From Takakia lepidozioides (Eukaryota > Plantae > Bryophyta), in assembly GCA_030704615.1 (NCBI GenBank), contig CM060733.1:2728001-2792000 (forward strand): a stretch of 64,000 bases of DNA, in the 5' to 3' direction. A program made the translations under genes and the position numbers. This document shows, piece after piece, positions 12,501 to 24,570 of the stretch; position 1 is the first letter of the stretch; every line of letters begins with the position of its first letter. The notes under the pieces are model-generated. The model had not been told where the DNA came from, did no database searches, and saw only the letters and a list, made by a program, of their open reading frames with translations.

Positions 12501-13677
12501 GGCGTGTTCCCGTACCTCAGGCCAGCATTCCAAGGCGGACCAATTGTAGTGATTGGGCACACGGTTGGTTGAAGGTTATCTTCCTAGTAAAAAAAGGTTC
12601 AAGGTGAACCCTTGCTCAAGGTGATGCCAAAAGTGGCATCATAAGCAATCGCAAGCAATGTTTTTGTAGTAAGGCGATTCGATCCTCAGGAAGGATTGTT
12701 CCTTGGCCTTGAAGTGGGCCAAGAAGAGTGCACTGGGAGGAGCTTGAGAGGCTCCATCCTTGGCCGGGACTTGGAGGAAGTCGGCCAAACTACCTAGTGG
12801 AGAGTAGAGTCAAGTGTGGGGTTTGGTTCTTTGCCATGGGACGCCATGGTGCGGAAACAAACTCCTTGATGTGGGACGCCACAACTTGGATGTTCGTTTC
12901 TACAAAATGGACAAGTTGATGAGGACATCGACTCCCTGTTGGTAGGGGTGTGTGTCGCGGCCCTTTGCCTTGAGGGCAGGGGGTCGGGACACAAGAAGGG
13001 CTGCCCCTGTGGTGGGGGCAGTGGCAACAATAGATGCGGGGGCTGAAGCACCATTGAGTGCCCAAGGCACTCAATGAGGCCGAGGCGCTCACTAAGTGGA
13101 GCCCTGCACACGGGGTTGCGGTGAGGATGGTTCCACGAGGGGTGGCGGTAGCTTAGTGGGTCTTAGTGGGGGTGGCATAGGACTCACCATGGGGCGGAGA
13201 CCTTGTGGTGGGAGTCGTGGGGAGTCTTGGGACTCATCACGGTCTAATGGGGCCGTGGTGGGTGGGCCAAGACTCACCGCGACTCATCACCGGGAATCGA
13301 GGGTCTTCGTGGTGGTTTGCCATAAAAGGATGGTGTTGTTTGTGAAACCCCCGCGGACAGTCACAGAAGTATATATAGGGAGTAGTAACCCCGAGAACGG
13401 TGCAAGCCCGTTGGTGACCAAAAACTGGGGAGTGAACGAACAAGCCGGAAAGCGACCAAGGAGTGGGGAGCTATTCCAGACTGCCATCTACCAAAGGGAA
13501 TTTCCACTAGGCCCAAATTGGTGGAGGGTCTTTTGGAGGAGCAAAGGGGGACCGCTATGTCCCGGTGAGCAGCCGAAGCTCCGAGTTGGCCCGGCGGCCA
13601 CTTTGGGAGTTAGGCGCGCGCATCAAGTGAGTAAATTATGACTGGAAGGGGAGCTTACCGAAGTGAGGTGCGCGACA
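9580..13677 (+). mobile_element. 5'-truncated second copy of the Galadriel-like chromovirus (RT to chromodomain plus 3' LTR)
   Basis: Colinear with about 4302-8402; YIDD intact; stops at 11329 and 11560; starts abruptly at a CACTA end. Confidence 0.95.
12953..13677 (+). repeat. 3' LTR of copy 2
   Basis: TGTCGCG...CGCGACA, 725 bp, visibly more diverged from the copy-1 LTRs. Confidence 0.95.
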
Positions 13678-13834
13678 CAATCTTTGCAAGTGTGTTGGAC
13701 ATACCTTGTCAGAGGTACGTGTCGAGTATCAGGTCAATCGAAATTGATTGAAAGGGTGAACCCATTGTTCGATGTTCAAATGATTTTTTATTGCTTTCAA
13801 ACATTGCGAGTGTGTTGGATATACCTTGTTGGAC

Positions 13835-15915
13835 GAAGTTGGTTTAATCCACTCGATGATGGTTTGTATTTTCTTCTGATCCATAAAGACGCATTTGTCG
13901 AAAATAATGTAGCCTAAAAATTCGACCTCAGATTGATGGAAAGACATTTTTCCAACTTGGCATATAGTCCTCTTTCTCTTAATTTATCAATGACAAGGCG
14001 TACATGGCGGCTATGTTCTTCTTCATTCTGTGAAAATATCAAAAATTCGTCCAAATAGATGACTACAAAGTCATCTAAAAATTCTTGAAAGATGTCAATC
14101 ATCATATGTTGGAAAATTGCTGGAGCATTTGTAAGACCGAAAGGCATAACACTGTATTCAAAATGTCCATACTTTGTTCAAAAAGTTGTTTTCCATTCGT
14201 CTCCTTCTTTTATCCGTACAAGATTATAAGCTCATCTCAAGTCAATTTTGGTGAAAATATTCGCTCGTCCCAACTGGTCGAGAAGCCTAGAAATCAGTGA
14301 CAACGGATAACAATTTTTAATTGTAACTTTGTTGAGACCGCGATAGTCTACACACATGCGTAATGATCCGTCCTTCTTTTTCACAAACAAGATAGGCGTC
14401 CCCGTAGATGATTTTGAATATCGGATGAAATTCTTCGACAAATTTTCATCAATGTATTCACGTAATGCAGCCAACTCCGTCTGGGATAAGTTATAGATTG
14501 GGCCGAATGGTGGTTAGGCTCCTTCTTGTAACTCAATTGTACAATCATAAGGTCGATGTTCTGGCAATATGTCTGCATTTTTCTTCTCGAAGACATCCTT
14601 GAAATCTTGATATTGAGTGGGTAATGTTGAAGTACCTTTGTCTGTTGTGGTCTTCATCGGAGTCGCATAAAGTGCAAATGCCGCATTCTTTTGGGTAGCT
14701 CTAATGAAAGCTCTGGCTCCAAGATACAGGGGTTCAATACCTTTGATATTTCTACATTTTTGTCTTGCAGAAATTTTCGCTATCGCCAGTCGATGTCAGG
14801 ATTGTGAAGTACGAACCAGGGAAGTTCAAAGATCACAGGATTCGTTGGAGACTGGATGACGTTGAAACAATATGTAATGCTTGATCTTTAAGCTTCACTT
14901 CAAGTGATCGAGTTTCATGGTCAATATTTCCTGATGCTAACGGCCGTCCATGATGACTTCAACGGGGGCCGAGAGTTTCTTCTTTACGAGCGTTAAATTG
15001 TATTGCTTCGCAAAGTTTTTGTTAATAAAATATGTTGAAGCCCCTCAGTCCAAAAGTGCTTCTACAGAGATATCTCGATTTTGCACTCTGATTTTTATCG
15101 GAACTGTGAAACAAGGTACAGGGTCTGGAGGTAGAAAGAGACATTTTTTTTGTGAGGAATTTGTGGTGTCCAACCGCATGGTCCCTACTGTGACTGGACA
15201 TCTTCGTTTTCCGACCTCCTCGTATCGAACACTTGAGTTGCGCCCCAAACTTTGAATATTCTCTTGTTGGGGCAGTTTAATGCTATGTGATCTTCTTCTC
15301 CGCAATAGAGACATCATCCATTCAAGCGTCATCTTTGTTTTTCTTGTGGCGTCAATGGCTTGAATCGAACAGCATCAATCTGCACGGGATCACTACTGGA
15401 TGTCTGATGGATTGTTGTGTTGGGTGCCGTAGTAGCAGTGACATAATGTGTCGTTGACCATCCAGATCGCTTCTCTTGACGTTTTTCGAACAAACGATTA
15501 ACGCATGCAATGACTTGGGTGATGAATATTTGGCATTATCAGCAACAAATCTTTTACATCATCTTTTAGCCCACATCAAAACTGACTAATGATGCTATTC
15601 ATTCCAGTCAAGGTCTCACGCAAGTTGTTGAAATTCGGCAGCATAAACGGAAGCAGAACGTGCTCCTTGTCGAAGATTTCGCATCTTTGTCTCTGCAACT
15701 CTCTCTCATCATTATCTCCAAATGTTGCAGTGAACTCGGACATGAACGCTTTAAAATTGTATAATAAATACAAATTTTTTTCTAATAGCGATGCAAACCA
15801 AGATAGGGCAGTGCCTGATAGAAGGGTGCCCACGAATCCCACTTGAATACCTTCATCGGGGTAACCTTGTGGATGTAGTCGTAGGAACAATCGTACTTGT
15901 TGAACAAAATTGCGA
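13835..15915 (-). mobile_element. Decayed Tcn1-like Ty3/Gypsy element, distal part (gag end, protease, RT)
   Basis: FVQQVRL...LLSGTALSWF gag; VEALLD protease; [17 protein letters not shown] and [13 protein letters not shown]...VVIYLDEFL RT; many frameshifts. Confidence 0.9.
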
Positions 15916-17335
15916 TCGCGAGGAAAAACGCGGAATAACCACTCTGGCAACCACTCATTTTGAGTGGGAAAAGACACCCAACCTCTCTGGCCCCAGAGTG
16001 GTTTAGAACCAATGGATCTTGACTCAGCAGTGGTTAAAGACATGACGTGTCCGAAGTGGTTAAAGACAGTGGTTACGATCACTTGCCTCCGAGTCCAGCT
16101 GTTCGCTTACGTGTCACAGTGGTAAGCCAAGTCACATCTGACGTGTCACAGTGGTAAACTAACCACTTCAGAACATAGACCACTTCCACCGTATGCGACG
16201 TGGACGCAGCAACTCCGTCGATCATACTTAGCAATGGACGGACACATGTCCGTATCCATATGGACACGTGGCCGAATCCAGTTAGACGATTATGGGCTCC
16301 ATTATCTGGACACGTGACGATATTGCAAATGAGCTCGTGCCCTATTTTAGGGATGTGCTGAGAAATGCAATGACTTCCCAAACAACTCTGTGAGTGAGAC
16401 TTAAATGACTCTAATAGTCATGCATGATTCGAGAATAAACAATGTATATTATCACTGAATGTGTGGTTCTAATAGTATTGATGTGTGCTAAAACCACTTA
16501 CTGAGTGGTTCTACCAGTATCAATGTAGTGGTTAGGTTGTGTGCTAAAACCACTGACGAAGTCATCTAGTGTGTCCCACCAAGTAGGAACCATGTTTTTG
16601 AATTATTACTACCAGAGTGGTATGTAAGTGATTGGGGCTACATCTGGAGGAGTACAACCACTCTTGCATACTGTCATAGTCTTACATATACCACTGACAG
16701 AGTGGTGTGTAAGTGATTCATACATTCCCATATAATTCTCCTACAATTCCCATACATTCGAAGTGAATCTGCAAATCCAAATACTCTTGAAGCTTCACCA
16801 TTCAAAAAACAGAATAGAATCCAAGACAGTAAGTGTTGGAACAGAGTCAACAAATCCAGCCATGATAAAGGGTGACATAGCTATTGATCCACAGGGAATC
16901 ATAGGTAACCTTATGCTTGAAATCCGGCACTCTTGGATGAATCTGGACCCACACTCCATCCCTGCTCCTTCAGCTATCCATGCCTCTGCATAGACCATGC
17001 ATACATTCTTGCCTTGCTGCTAGCAGCTGACAATGACAGCCTACATCTGTTCTAGGAAACACCCAACTCAACTTATCACTCTAGTTCCTATGCTCAATTG
17101 CATCTACTACTCTTTGTAATCCATGGATAGCTGAAGGTCCAGATTCATCCAAGAGGGCCAGAATTCAGCAATAGGGTATGTCACCCTACAAATCGGACAT
17201 TTATCTTTGGCTTGCTGCTAGCAGCTGACAATGACAACCTAAAGTTGTTCCAGCAAACACCCCAACCCTATTTATCACACTAGTTCCTATGCTCAATTGC
17301 ACATCTGCTACTCTCTGTAATCCAACAGGCATTCA

Positions 17336-17570
17336 CCTTCTTGCCTCGATCGTCCCACCATTGACTGGGGTCAGAAAAGTATTCATTCCACAACTTCTCC
17401 TTATCTCTATTACCTGTTTCTGGATACTTTCTGTTGTCACATTGGCAGTATCATGTCAGTCATTCCAAACTATCAAAGGTTCACTCAACCAACTAACTTG
17501 CAGAATTCAACATGGCCGATTCTGATAAGAGGGAAAAACAGGGTGAAATGTGTTGAAGAAGGTGCCTTCA
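17336..17570 (-). pseudogene. Degenerate first exon with WWD motif (copy C)
   Basis: Homologous to 674-919: EKLWNEYFSDPSQWWDDRGKK then GT; the downstream intron-like sequence also matches about 920-1200. Confidence 0.6.
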
Positions 17571-17639
17571 TTACCAGTGCCTGAGTGTTGACCATCTACC
17601 CATGTAGGTTTCTTGTAGCCATTGATCCATCTGGTACAT

Positions 17640-18225
17640 TTCCAGCTTTGGTGATGCAACCATGCACCTCCGATGCCCTTTTCCAGGGCTGCTAGGCTTG
17701 CACACGCACACAAATATGATGTGGTCGAACTTCACCCCTTCCCCCATCATTTGCTTTCAGGTCTCCAAAGCCCCATCTAGTGCCCCTACTCTGCATACCC
17801 TGCAAGCATCACATTCCACAACACCACATCTCATTCAGCCATAGTGTTGAACACTCCCTTGGCATCCTCAATGCTACCATATTTGGCATACATGGCCACC
17901 AGAGCAGTGTTCAGGATGACATCTGGAACAATTGCAGATTTGATCATGTCACCAGGGATCTCCTTGCCCTTTTTCAGGGCTGCCAGACGCACTGCAAACA
18001 CACACAAACCTTATGTCGGCGGGCTTCACCCCTTCCCCCATCATTTGCTCATAGGTTGGAGCCTCCATCTCGCACCCCTGCTGTGCATACCCCGCAAGCA
18101 TCGCACTCCACGACACCACATCTCGTTCAGCCATAGTGTTGAACACTCCCTTGGCATCCTCGATGCACCCACATTTGGCATACATGTCCACCAGGGCAGG
18201 GGCAATGTTCAGAATGACATCTGGT
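17640..18225 (-). pseudogene. PLS-class PPR fragment (about 2 degenerate S-P-L triplets)
   Basis: ALVDMYAKCGCIEDAKGVFNTMAERDVVSWSAMLAGYAQQG...GVKPA; second unit ALVAMYAKYGSIEDAKGVF; frameshifts. Confidence 0.9.
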
Positions 18226-18435
18226 AATCTGACAAACATTCTCCTTTTAGAATTGTTCCAGCAAATGCCCCAACCCTACTGACTTAGAGGCTGTAGTGTC
18301 CAAAGCCATGTCCGTTTCCAGAAAATTGTCTGATAAAAATGAAGTTAGGCAGAAAAATTCCCTAGACTTGTTTCCAGTCTGTGACATGGGGGAAGACATC
18401 ATGGATGACCTCAAGGGTCTACCCACTCTCGGCAC

Positions 18436-19874
18436 CACTTCAAGTGGACTAGGTTGATCTCTGCTACTCCCACGTTGTTTGCTAGGATGCATCTGCAGCA
18501 ACTTCCACTAGGTCAGTGGTAGCAGATGCAAAATCATCAATCTAAATCTCATACCCAACTCAAGAAATGTCAAATTACAGTTTATTGTGTTTACACATCC
18601 ACTGCATTCTGGTGTATTTGTCAAAGATGGGCTGATTGACTGCACAATGGGATCGTGTTTTATGTTTTATGATGGAGCAGAGAGGCCCCTGAAACTGGAT
18701 GGTTGTTGGGCCAACTGTTGTGAGTCCCCAATAACTTGGGGTAGGCCAAATAGAGCCAGCCAAGGTTCCTTGGCAACAGAGCTAAAAGGGTATTGCTACA
18801 CACATGCCTGGCAAGTGAGATACCGGCAGAAACACAGATTGTCTTGCTGACAAACCCTAGACACAGTTGACATCTGCACATGGTAGACACTGGTGTGCGA
18901 TGGCTACCCCTCTATAAGAAGTATACAGCCTAAGCTTTCTTAGGGAAAATGGAAGCACTCTCCACTCCAGTAAACATTCTATAAGAAAGACTTAGCAAGA
19001 GCAACTTGTGAAAGCGTCCAGACCTGCAGATGTGCTAACAGCATCACGAGTAGAGCATATGAGCCAATTCCACCATGATAGACCTGAAGAATACAAATAG
19101 GTTCATTAACAAGTCAGATGACCAGCTAACGCTAGGAACTAAGATGCACAGGGACAGGACACAACACATCCAAAATGGCAGGTATACATATTTCAAGAGG
19201 TCCTCCAACTTCAATTGAAAACTCCAGCATACGCTACACACAATGAGGTATGGAAGGATCGACATTCCCATGCCATCTGACTGAGAAATTTTAGGGTTAT
19301 TCCACATTCGCAATCCCCACTCCCCAGTGCATACATGCTGCTTAAGGTTTCTCGCAAAATTGATGTTCACGAAATCTGTTTCATGATGTTACGTAATTGT
19401 CTTCATTGGGTGCGTCTTTGCTGTTAAAAAGGGTTTCCTGCAGTTCTCTTACATGAATATCATATGCAAAACTAATAGCTAGACATACTTCTGGTACTTC
19501 TGCTCCTTCTGGTCTTGCAGAGGTAAGAAAGCCCACCTCGTTAAGCTCTCGCTGCTGTAGGAATATCTTCAGCACAAGACACAAAGGCTTCAAAGGAGGA
19601 AGAGCCCTCATTGCACCCTGTAACATAAGACCTTAACAAACATCATACATCATGAACATCATAGAAAGTACTCAATATCTGTGATGATTCTTGCAAAAAC
19701 CAAAGGCAAACTGAATTCAATAGCTCAATTTGACTGAACACACAAGAGCCTGGGCTCCAACTGTTGGTTCTTGATTGGAAATTTCTGGACAAGATGCATA
19801 AGTAGAGATATACGACGACAGTGAAACAGACCATTATGGAATCGGCAGCCTCAGGCCCGTTGGATACATCAAAG
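18436..19874 (-). pseudogene. Four-exon fragment of a TRF4/PAPD5-like non-canonical poly(A) polymerase
   Basis: Exons 19874-19832 FDVSNGPEAADSIM, 19617-19537 GAMRALPPLKPLCLVLKIFLQQRELNE, 19083-19024 VYHGGIGSYALLVMLLAHLQ, 18492 to about 18436 MHPSKQR; GT-AG introns join in frame. Confidence 0.85.
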
Positions 19875-19914
19875 TTGTGCCACACACAGAGGTTTAGAGT
19901 CAACTACACCCAAG

Positions 19915-20352
19915 GATTTGGTGATATCTTGCACAAATCTGCATGGAATTGTATCAGATGTCATTCTGAACAATACCCTGGTGAACTGTTTGCAAAATGT
20001 GGGTGCATCTAGGATGCAAAGGGAGTGTTTGACACTATGGTTGAACGAGATGTGGTGTCGTGGAGTGCGATGCTTGCAGGGTATGCATGACAGGGATGTG
20101 GGATGGAGGCTTTGGAGAGCTATGAGTAGATGATGGGGGAAGCACATCATGTTTGTGTGCATTTGCAATGTGCGTGCAAGCCTGGCAGCCCTGGAGAAGG
20201 GCAAGAGGTGCAAAGGGATATCATCAAAGCTGGAATTGTGCCAAATGTCAATCTAAACACTGCCCTGGCAGCTTTGGAAATGGAGAAAGAGGTGCATGGC
20301 GACATCTTCAGAGGTGGAATTGTACCAAATGACATTCTGAACAATACCCTAG
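19915..20352 (+). pseudogene. PLS-class PPR fragment
   Basis: FAKCGCI*DAKGVFDTMVERDVVSWSAMLAGYA; EVHGDIFRGGIVPNDILNNTLV. Confidence 0.85.
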
Positions 20353-20740
20353 TCTCCAAACTGAGGGATCATGGAATGTATTTCTACAGTAGGTTGCTCA
20401 TCTTGGGAAGCCACTGTTGCTTCTCAGTTTGGACCTGTGACGTCATTTGAGATTGGGGCTATCGGTAAAATTCAGTCTTTGCTGAATTTGGATGTAAGAT
20501 GTGACTTGCAACTTGTGGCAGGTCATTGCAAAAGCAAGAGTACCTCTTGTAAAGTTTGTGGAGACTCAGAGTAACATTTCCTTTGACATAAGGTACTTCA
20601 GTTAGTGTTTTTATTCGTACATTCAGGGAGGGAACTGGTAGTTTAATATGCCTAATGACTTGCCAGAAGGAAAAAGGTTTCATAGTCTCATGGTCTGATG
20701 GTCTTTGAATAGGAGATGAAACATTTGCATATACTCACAA

Positions 20741-20976
20741 CTCTGAAGATGACGCCATGGACCTCTTTCCCCTTTTCCAAAGCTGCCAGGGCAGTGTTCA
20801 GATTGACATTTGGCACAATTCCAGCTTTGATGATATCCCCATGCACTTCTTGCCCTTCTCCAGGGCAGCCAGGCTTGCACAAGCATTGCAAATGCACACA
20901 AACACGATGTGTTTCCCCCATCATTTGCTCATAGGTCTCCAAAGCCTCCATCCCACGTCCCTGCCGTGCATACCCT
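20741..20976 (-). pseudogene. PPR fragment; inverted duplicate of 20077-20312
   Basis: MEALETYEQMM...EVHGDIIKAGIVPNVNLNTALAALEKGKEVHG; about 90% identical reverse complement by manual alignment. Confidence 0.85.
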
Positions 20977-21252
20977 GGACCAAGCTGACTCTCCCAAGAA
21001 CCTTGTAAACATCAGCGAGGACTTAAGTGCACACAAGCGATAGGGCTTAGTGGGGCTTAGTGCTTGAGGGAAAAAAAAAAACATCGCGTTGGTCCATGAG
21101 AACCACCATGGTGCAGCTAAGCGAGCAGAGATTGAAACACAAATTGCGTAAACATCAGGAAGAATACCAAATCATGGTACTAACAGGAGCCAAAAGCCCA
21201 CATTTGCAGGATGGACAAACTTCTTCACACCTTACATTAAGAAAAAGCCACA

Positions 21253-21397
21253 CCTTGCGATTGCGATTGTCCCACCATCGTGAAGGATCTGTAAAAAACT
21301 CATGCGAGCTCTGCTCCGTGCTGCAAATTCAGGGCCGAGTCTGATGAGAGGGCAAAACAGGCTGAAATAGGTCGAAGAAGAAGGTGCCCTCACCACA
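21253..21397 (-). pseudogene. Diverged first exon with WWDNR motif (copy D)
   Basis: MVRAPSSSTYFSLFCPLIRLGP, then in a shifted frame EFFTDPSRWWDNRNRK followed by GT. Confidence 0.6.
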
Positions 21398-22109
21398 TTG
21401 TCGTCGACCTTGTGTTATGACCCATGGAGGATTTGACAGACCATGAACCCAAACGGACCTCTTGTGTGTGCTGCTTGTGTCTGTAGTCAGGTAATGTCGG
21501 ATTGTCCAGAGAACCACCACGGTGCAGCTGAGCGAGCAAAGATTGAAACGCGACCTGCTAAGACCAACCTGCACGAGGACTTAGTGTGCGCAACAGCGAT
21601 AGGGCTTAGTGGGGCTTAGTGCATGAAGGGAAAAAAAAAAAACGAGGAGTTTGAACCCGCGACCCCGTGACACGTAGGAAGAGCCCTTACCAGTACGCTA
21701 CATGCACACATTTGAAATTTCCCCCCAAAAGTATGTATATATTGTACATACGTGATGGACAACTTTTTAAGTTTTTTAAGTTTTTTACAAACCCTGTAAG
21801 CAATTTTTTTTTAAATAATAATAATTTAAAGGAAACCTCAAGCCCTTGAGGAGGGGGAAAAATTAACCCCCTTTCATTTATGGGCCATGAGACCTACGGG
21901 AGGATCAACGCCCAGACATACCGTCGTCACAAACAATCCCACACATGGGGTAATGCAGCGGGTTTGAACCCTGAACCACCAGGGCGACACACTCTGCACT
22001 TACCAGCCGATGTGTTTTTTTAAATCTTTTGCACTTTGATTTTTTTTTAATTCATTTTAGTGGTTACAAGTGAGCACATAGATGTATTCCATGGAGATAA
22101 ACAAAACTG

Positions 22110-22426
22110 TTCATCCGGTGTCTTCACGGTGGATGTATCCCATGGAGCGTTACATGAAAGATCTTAAGGGATACGTTAGGAATTAGGCAAAGCCAGAAGG
22201 GCGTACGGCTGCAGAGTATGTTCTTGATGAGGCCATGAGGTTCATGACTGAGTATATGCAATCATTTGATGCAACTCAACGGCGGACTTGGGCTGCAAAT
22301 GCGGAGGAAGGGGTTGAGGACGAGGTCTTTGAAGGTGTCAGCAAAAAGCAGGACATGACTGGAGCTAGAAGAGATGCAGCACAAATTTTGTATGTGCTGG
22401 ACAATACCAATGTCATGGCTCCTTAG
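22110..22426 (+). pseudogene. CACTA TnpD transposase C-terminal remnant (DUF4218-like)
   Basis: PVSSRWMYPMERYMKDLKGYVRN*AKPEGRTAAEYVLDEA. Confidence 0.9.
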
Positions 22427-23655
22427 GTGCAGTGAGTACTTCTTTTCATTGCACCTTATTCATATCAAGTTCAATTTCAATTCTGACCGTCACCACTGTA
22501 ATCAAACCACCCACAAAGTCACAAATGTCAGTGGTTCATCCTGATTATAACCAATGTTGTAGTAACGGAATGTCTGAGTGAGTGACTTGTTGGAAGAGCA
22601 TGTTCATTTACAAGTCATTCTGCTCACTCCTCCAGTGGTTTGAAACAGTGGTTTTCGAAATATTATTCATACTAGGTATTTTTTGCTAAGTAATGCAATA
22701 CTTCATTGCTAACATGTATAATTCTTGTTGTCATTTTGTGACAAAAAGTATGCAACAGAGAAAGCGCAGTTCACAGCAAACAGAGAGGCATGTGGTGATG
22801 AGTGGCGTGCCAAATCAACATCTACCTCATCAGATCAGCCAATACCTAGGTCATTAGATGGTGCCACGGCTCTAAATAAAGAAGACCTGGCTATGTTGGC
22901 TACCATTCAAGCGGCATTTGTGCAACCAACCGCTATTCCAGTTGAACAAAGTGATTCAGAGGGTGACGAATATGTTTCAGATTCAGAATAAAGTTGATTG
23001 TTGGAACCATTTGTTCAATAGCATCACCCCACAATGGTCTGGTCACTTGTCTGTTTTTCAAAGTCTGTCACAACTGCACTAACCACTTAAAGTTTTTCAT
23101 GTATCACCCAAAAAGTGGTACCAATCACTGTTGTGTAGGCAACCACTCATGAGCAACCACTAGAATAGTGGTTCCAATTACTGCAGTATCTTTCACCACC
23201 CATTCTCCACCACTGTCAAAGTGGTACAAATCAATGAGGTGTCTTTAACCACTCAAGATCAACGTGCACTGTCCTCGTCCACGTGGAATATTATATTTAT
23301 TAACTAAAATATATTTCCAAATCATAAATCACAAATAAAATTTGAATTATCACACGTGGAGTAGCAAGTGGTTTCAATCATTTCCCATCACTGAGGTGTC
23401 TATAACCACTCACAATGTACCACTGCACTCGTCCACGTGGAATAATATTTTTATTAATTAAAATATATTATCAAAAAAAAAAATATTACACGTGGACTAC
23501 TGAGTGGTTGAAACCACTTCCAATCACCGTCTGTGATGCCATCGTGATATTTCATTGGGATTAACCATTGACAAGTGGTTACCAGTGGTTTATAGAGTGG
23601 AAAAAGATAGTAGTGGTTAAAGGGCCAGTGGTTATTCCGCGTTTTTCTTCTAGTG

Positions 23656-24570
23656 CGAAATCTTGATCTCGTCCCATCAAATTTCTCGGGTATGCTGATA
23701 TTTGGTTCTCTCGTAATCTATTGAAGAGGAACCATTGCAGTAGAGACTCGTATGGTTGAAGATCCATTGTTCGACTCCTTTAACTCTGAAATTTGTTGTT
23801 GAAATTGTGGAGAGTGTTGCCAAGATTTTGAGACTGATCAGCTTGTAATTGGGCGGAAGTTCTTGCATCTGGAGCTGAAGACTCTGCAAGGTGACGACCA
23901 TTTCCACAAATGTGCCTTCCATCTTAACTAACTAAGGAACAAACTTTAGTATCGCCAAACTGTCAATGACGAGAACATGACTGAACACAAATAAGATATC
24001 AGACTATAGGTGCAAGACTGGACAAGAAGTCAAGGTCGGCGCGGCCGAATGCATGATGAGTTAACATGAATCAAGATGACTTTATAACAATGGAAAAGAG
24101 TACAAGATACTGGAACTTGACTTAAATACTGGAATGCTGGAAACTGGACTAGAGTGCCAGATACTGGAAACTGGGCTAGAGTACTGGAAGCTGAACTGGA
24201 GTACTAGGACTAGAAACAAGAGTAGCTTGAACTTGTGTTGGCGAGACTGAAGAGTGTCCAGTCTCGCATCTTATATATACTGGTTACTAGGAAGTTCCTT
24301 AAGAAGCTTCTCCAATGGAGGTTTCTTGATGGAGAAGTTTCGTTAAACAAAGCCTAAATGAGGTATCTTGATAGAGAAGTTTCCTCCAAAGGAAGCTTCA
24401 TGAGCAGTTTCCCAAATTACTCTCGGTAATTTGGTAAACTCCCGGTAACTTGGTAACTAATGGTCACTTATGATAAATCATGGTAAATCATGGTAACTTT
24501 CGATAACATGGTAATTTGATAACTTCCGATATTTACTCCTGATAAGTTCCTTTTGGCTATGTCCGTGACA
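23656..24570 (-). mobile_element. Proximal part of the same Tcn1-like element: 5' LTR (23961-24570) and gag start
   Basis: LTR TGTCACGG...ATTGACA; gag PEKFDGTRSRFR joins in frame to NFVQQVRL at 15915 once the CACTA element is removed. Confidence 0.85.

Larger units (their letters stand above)
15916..23655 (+). mobile_element. CACTA (En/Spm) element, 7.7 kb, carrying host gene fragments
   Basis: Right end AGTGGTTATTCCGCGTTTTTCTTCTAGTG; left end is its inverse, GAAAAACGCGGAATAACCACT, with eroded CACTA; 3-bp TSD CGA at 15913-15915 and 23656-23658; dense AACCACT/AGTGGTT subterminal repeats; transposase remnant. Confidence 0.88.

Noticed and set aside
21643-22015. Two tRNA-like A/B-box sequences on the minus strand
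   Set aside because: No cloverleaf or acceptor stem; probably SINE-like or CACTA-internal relics, not tRNA genes.
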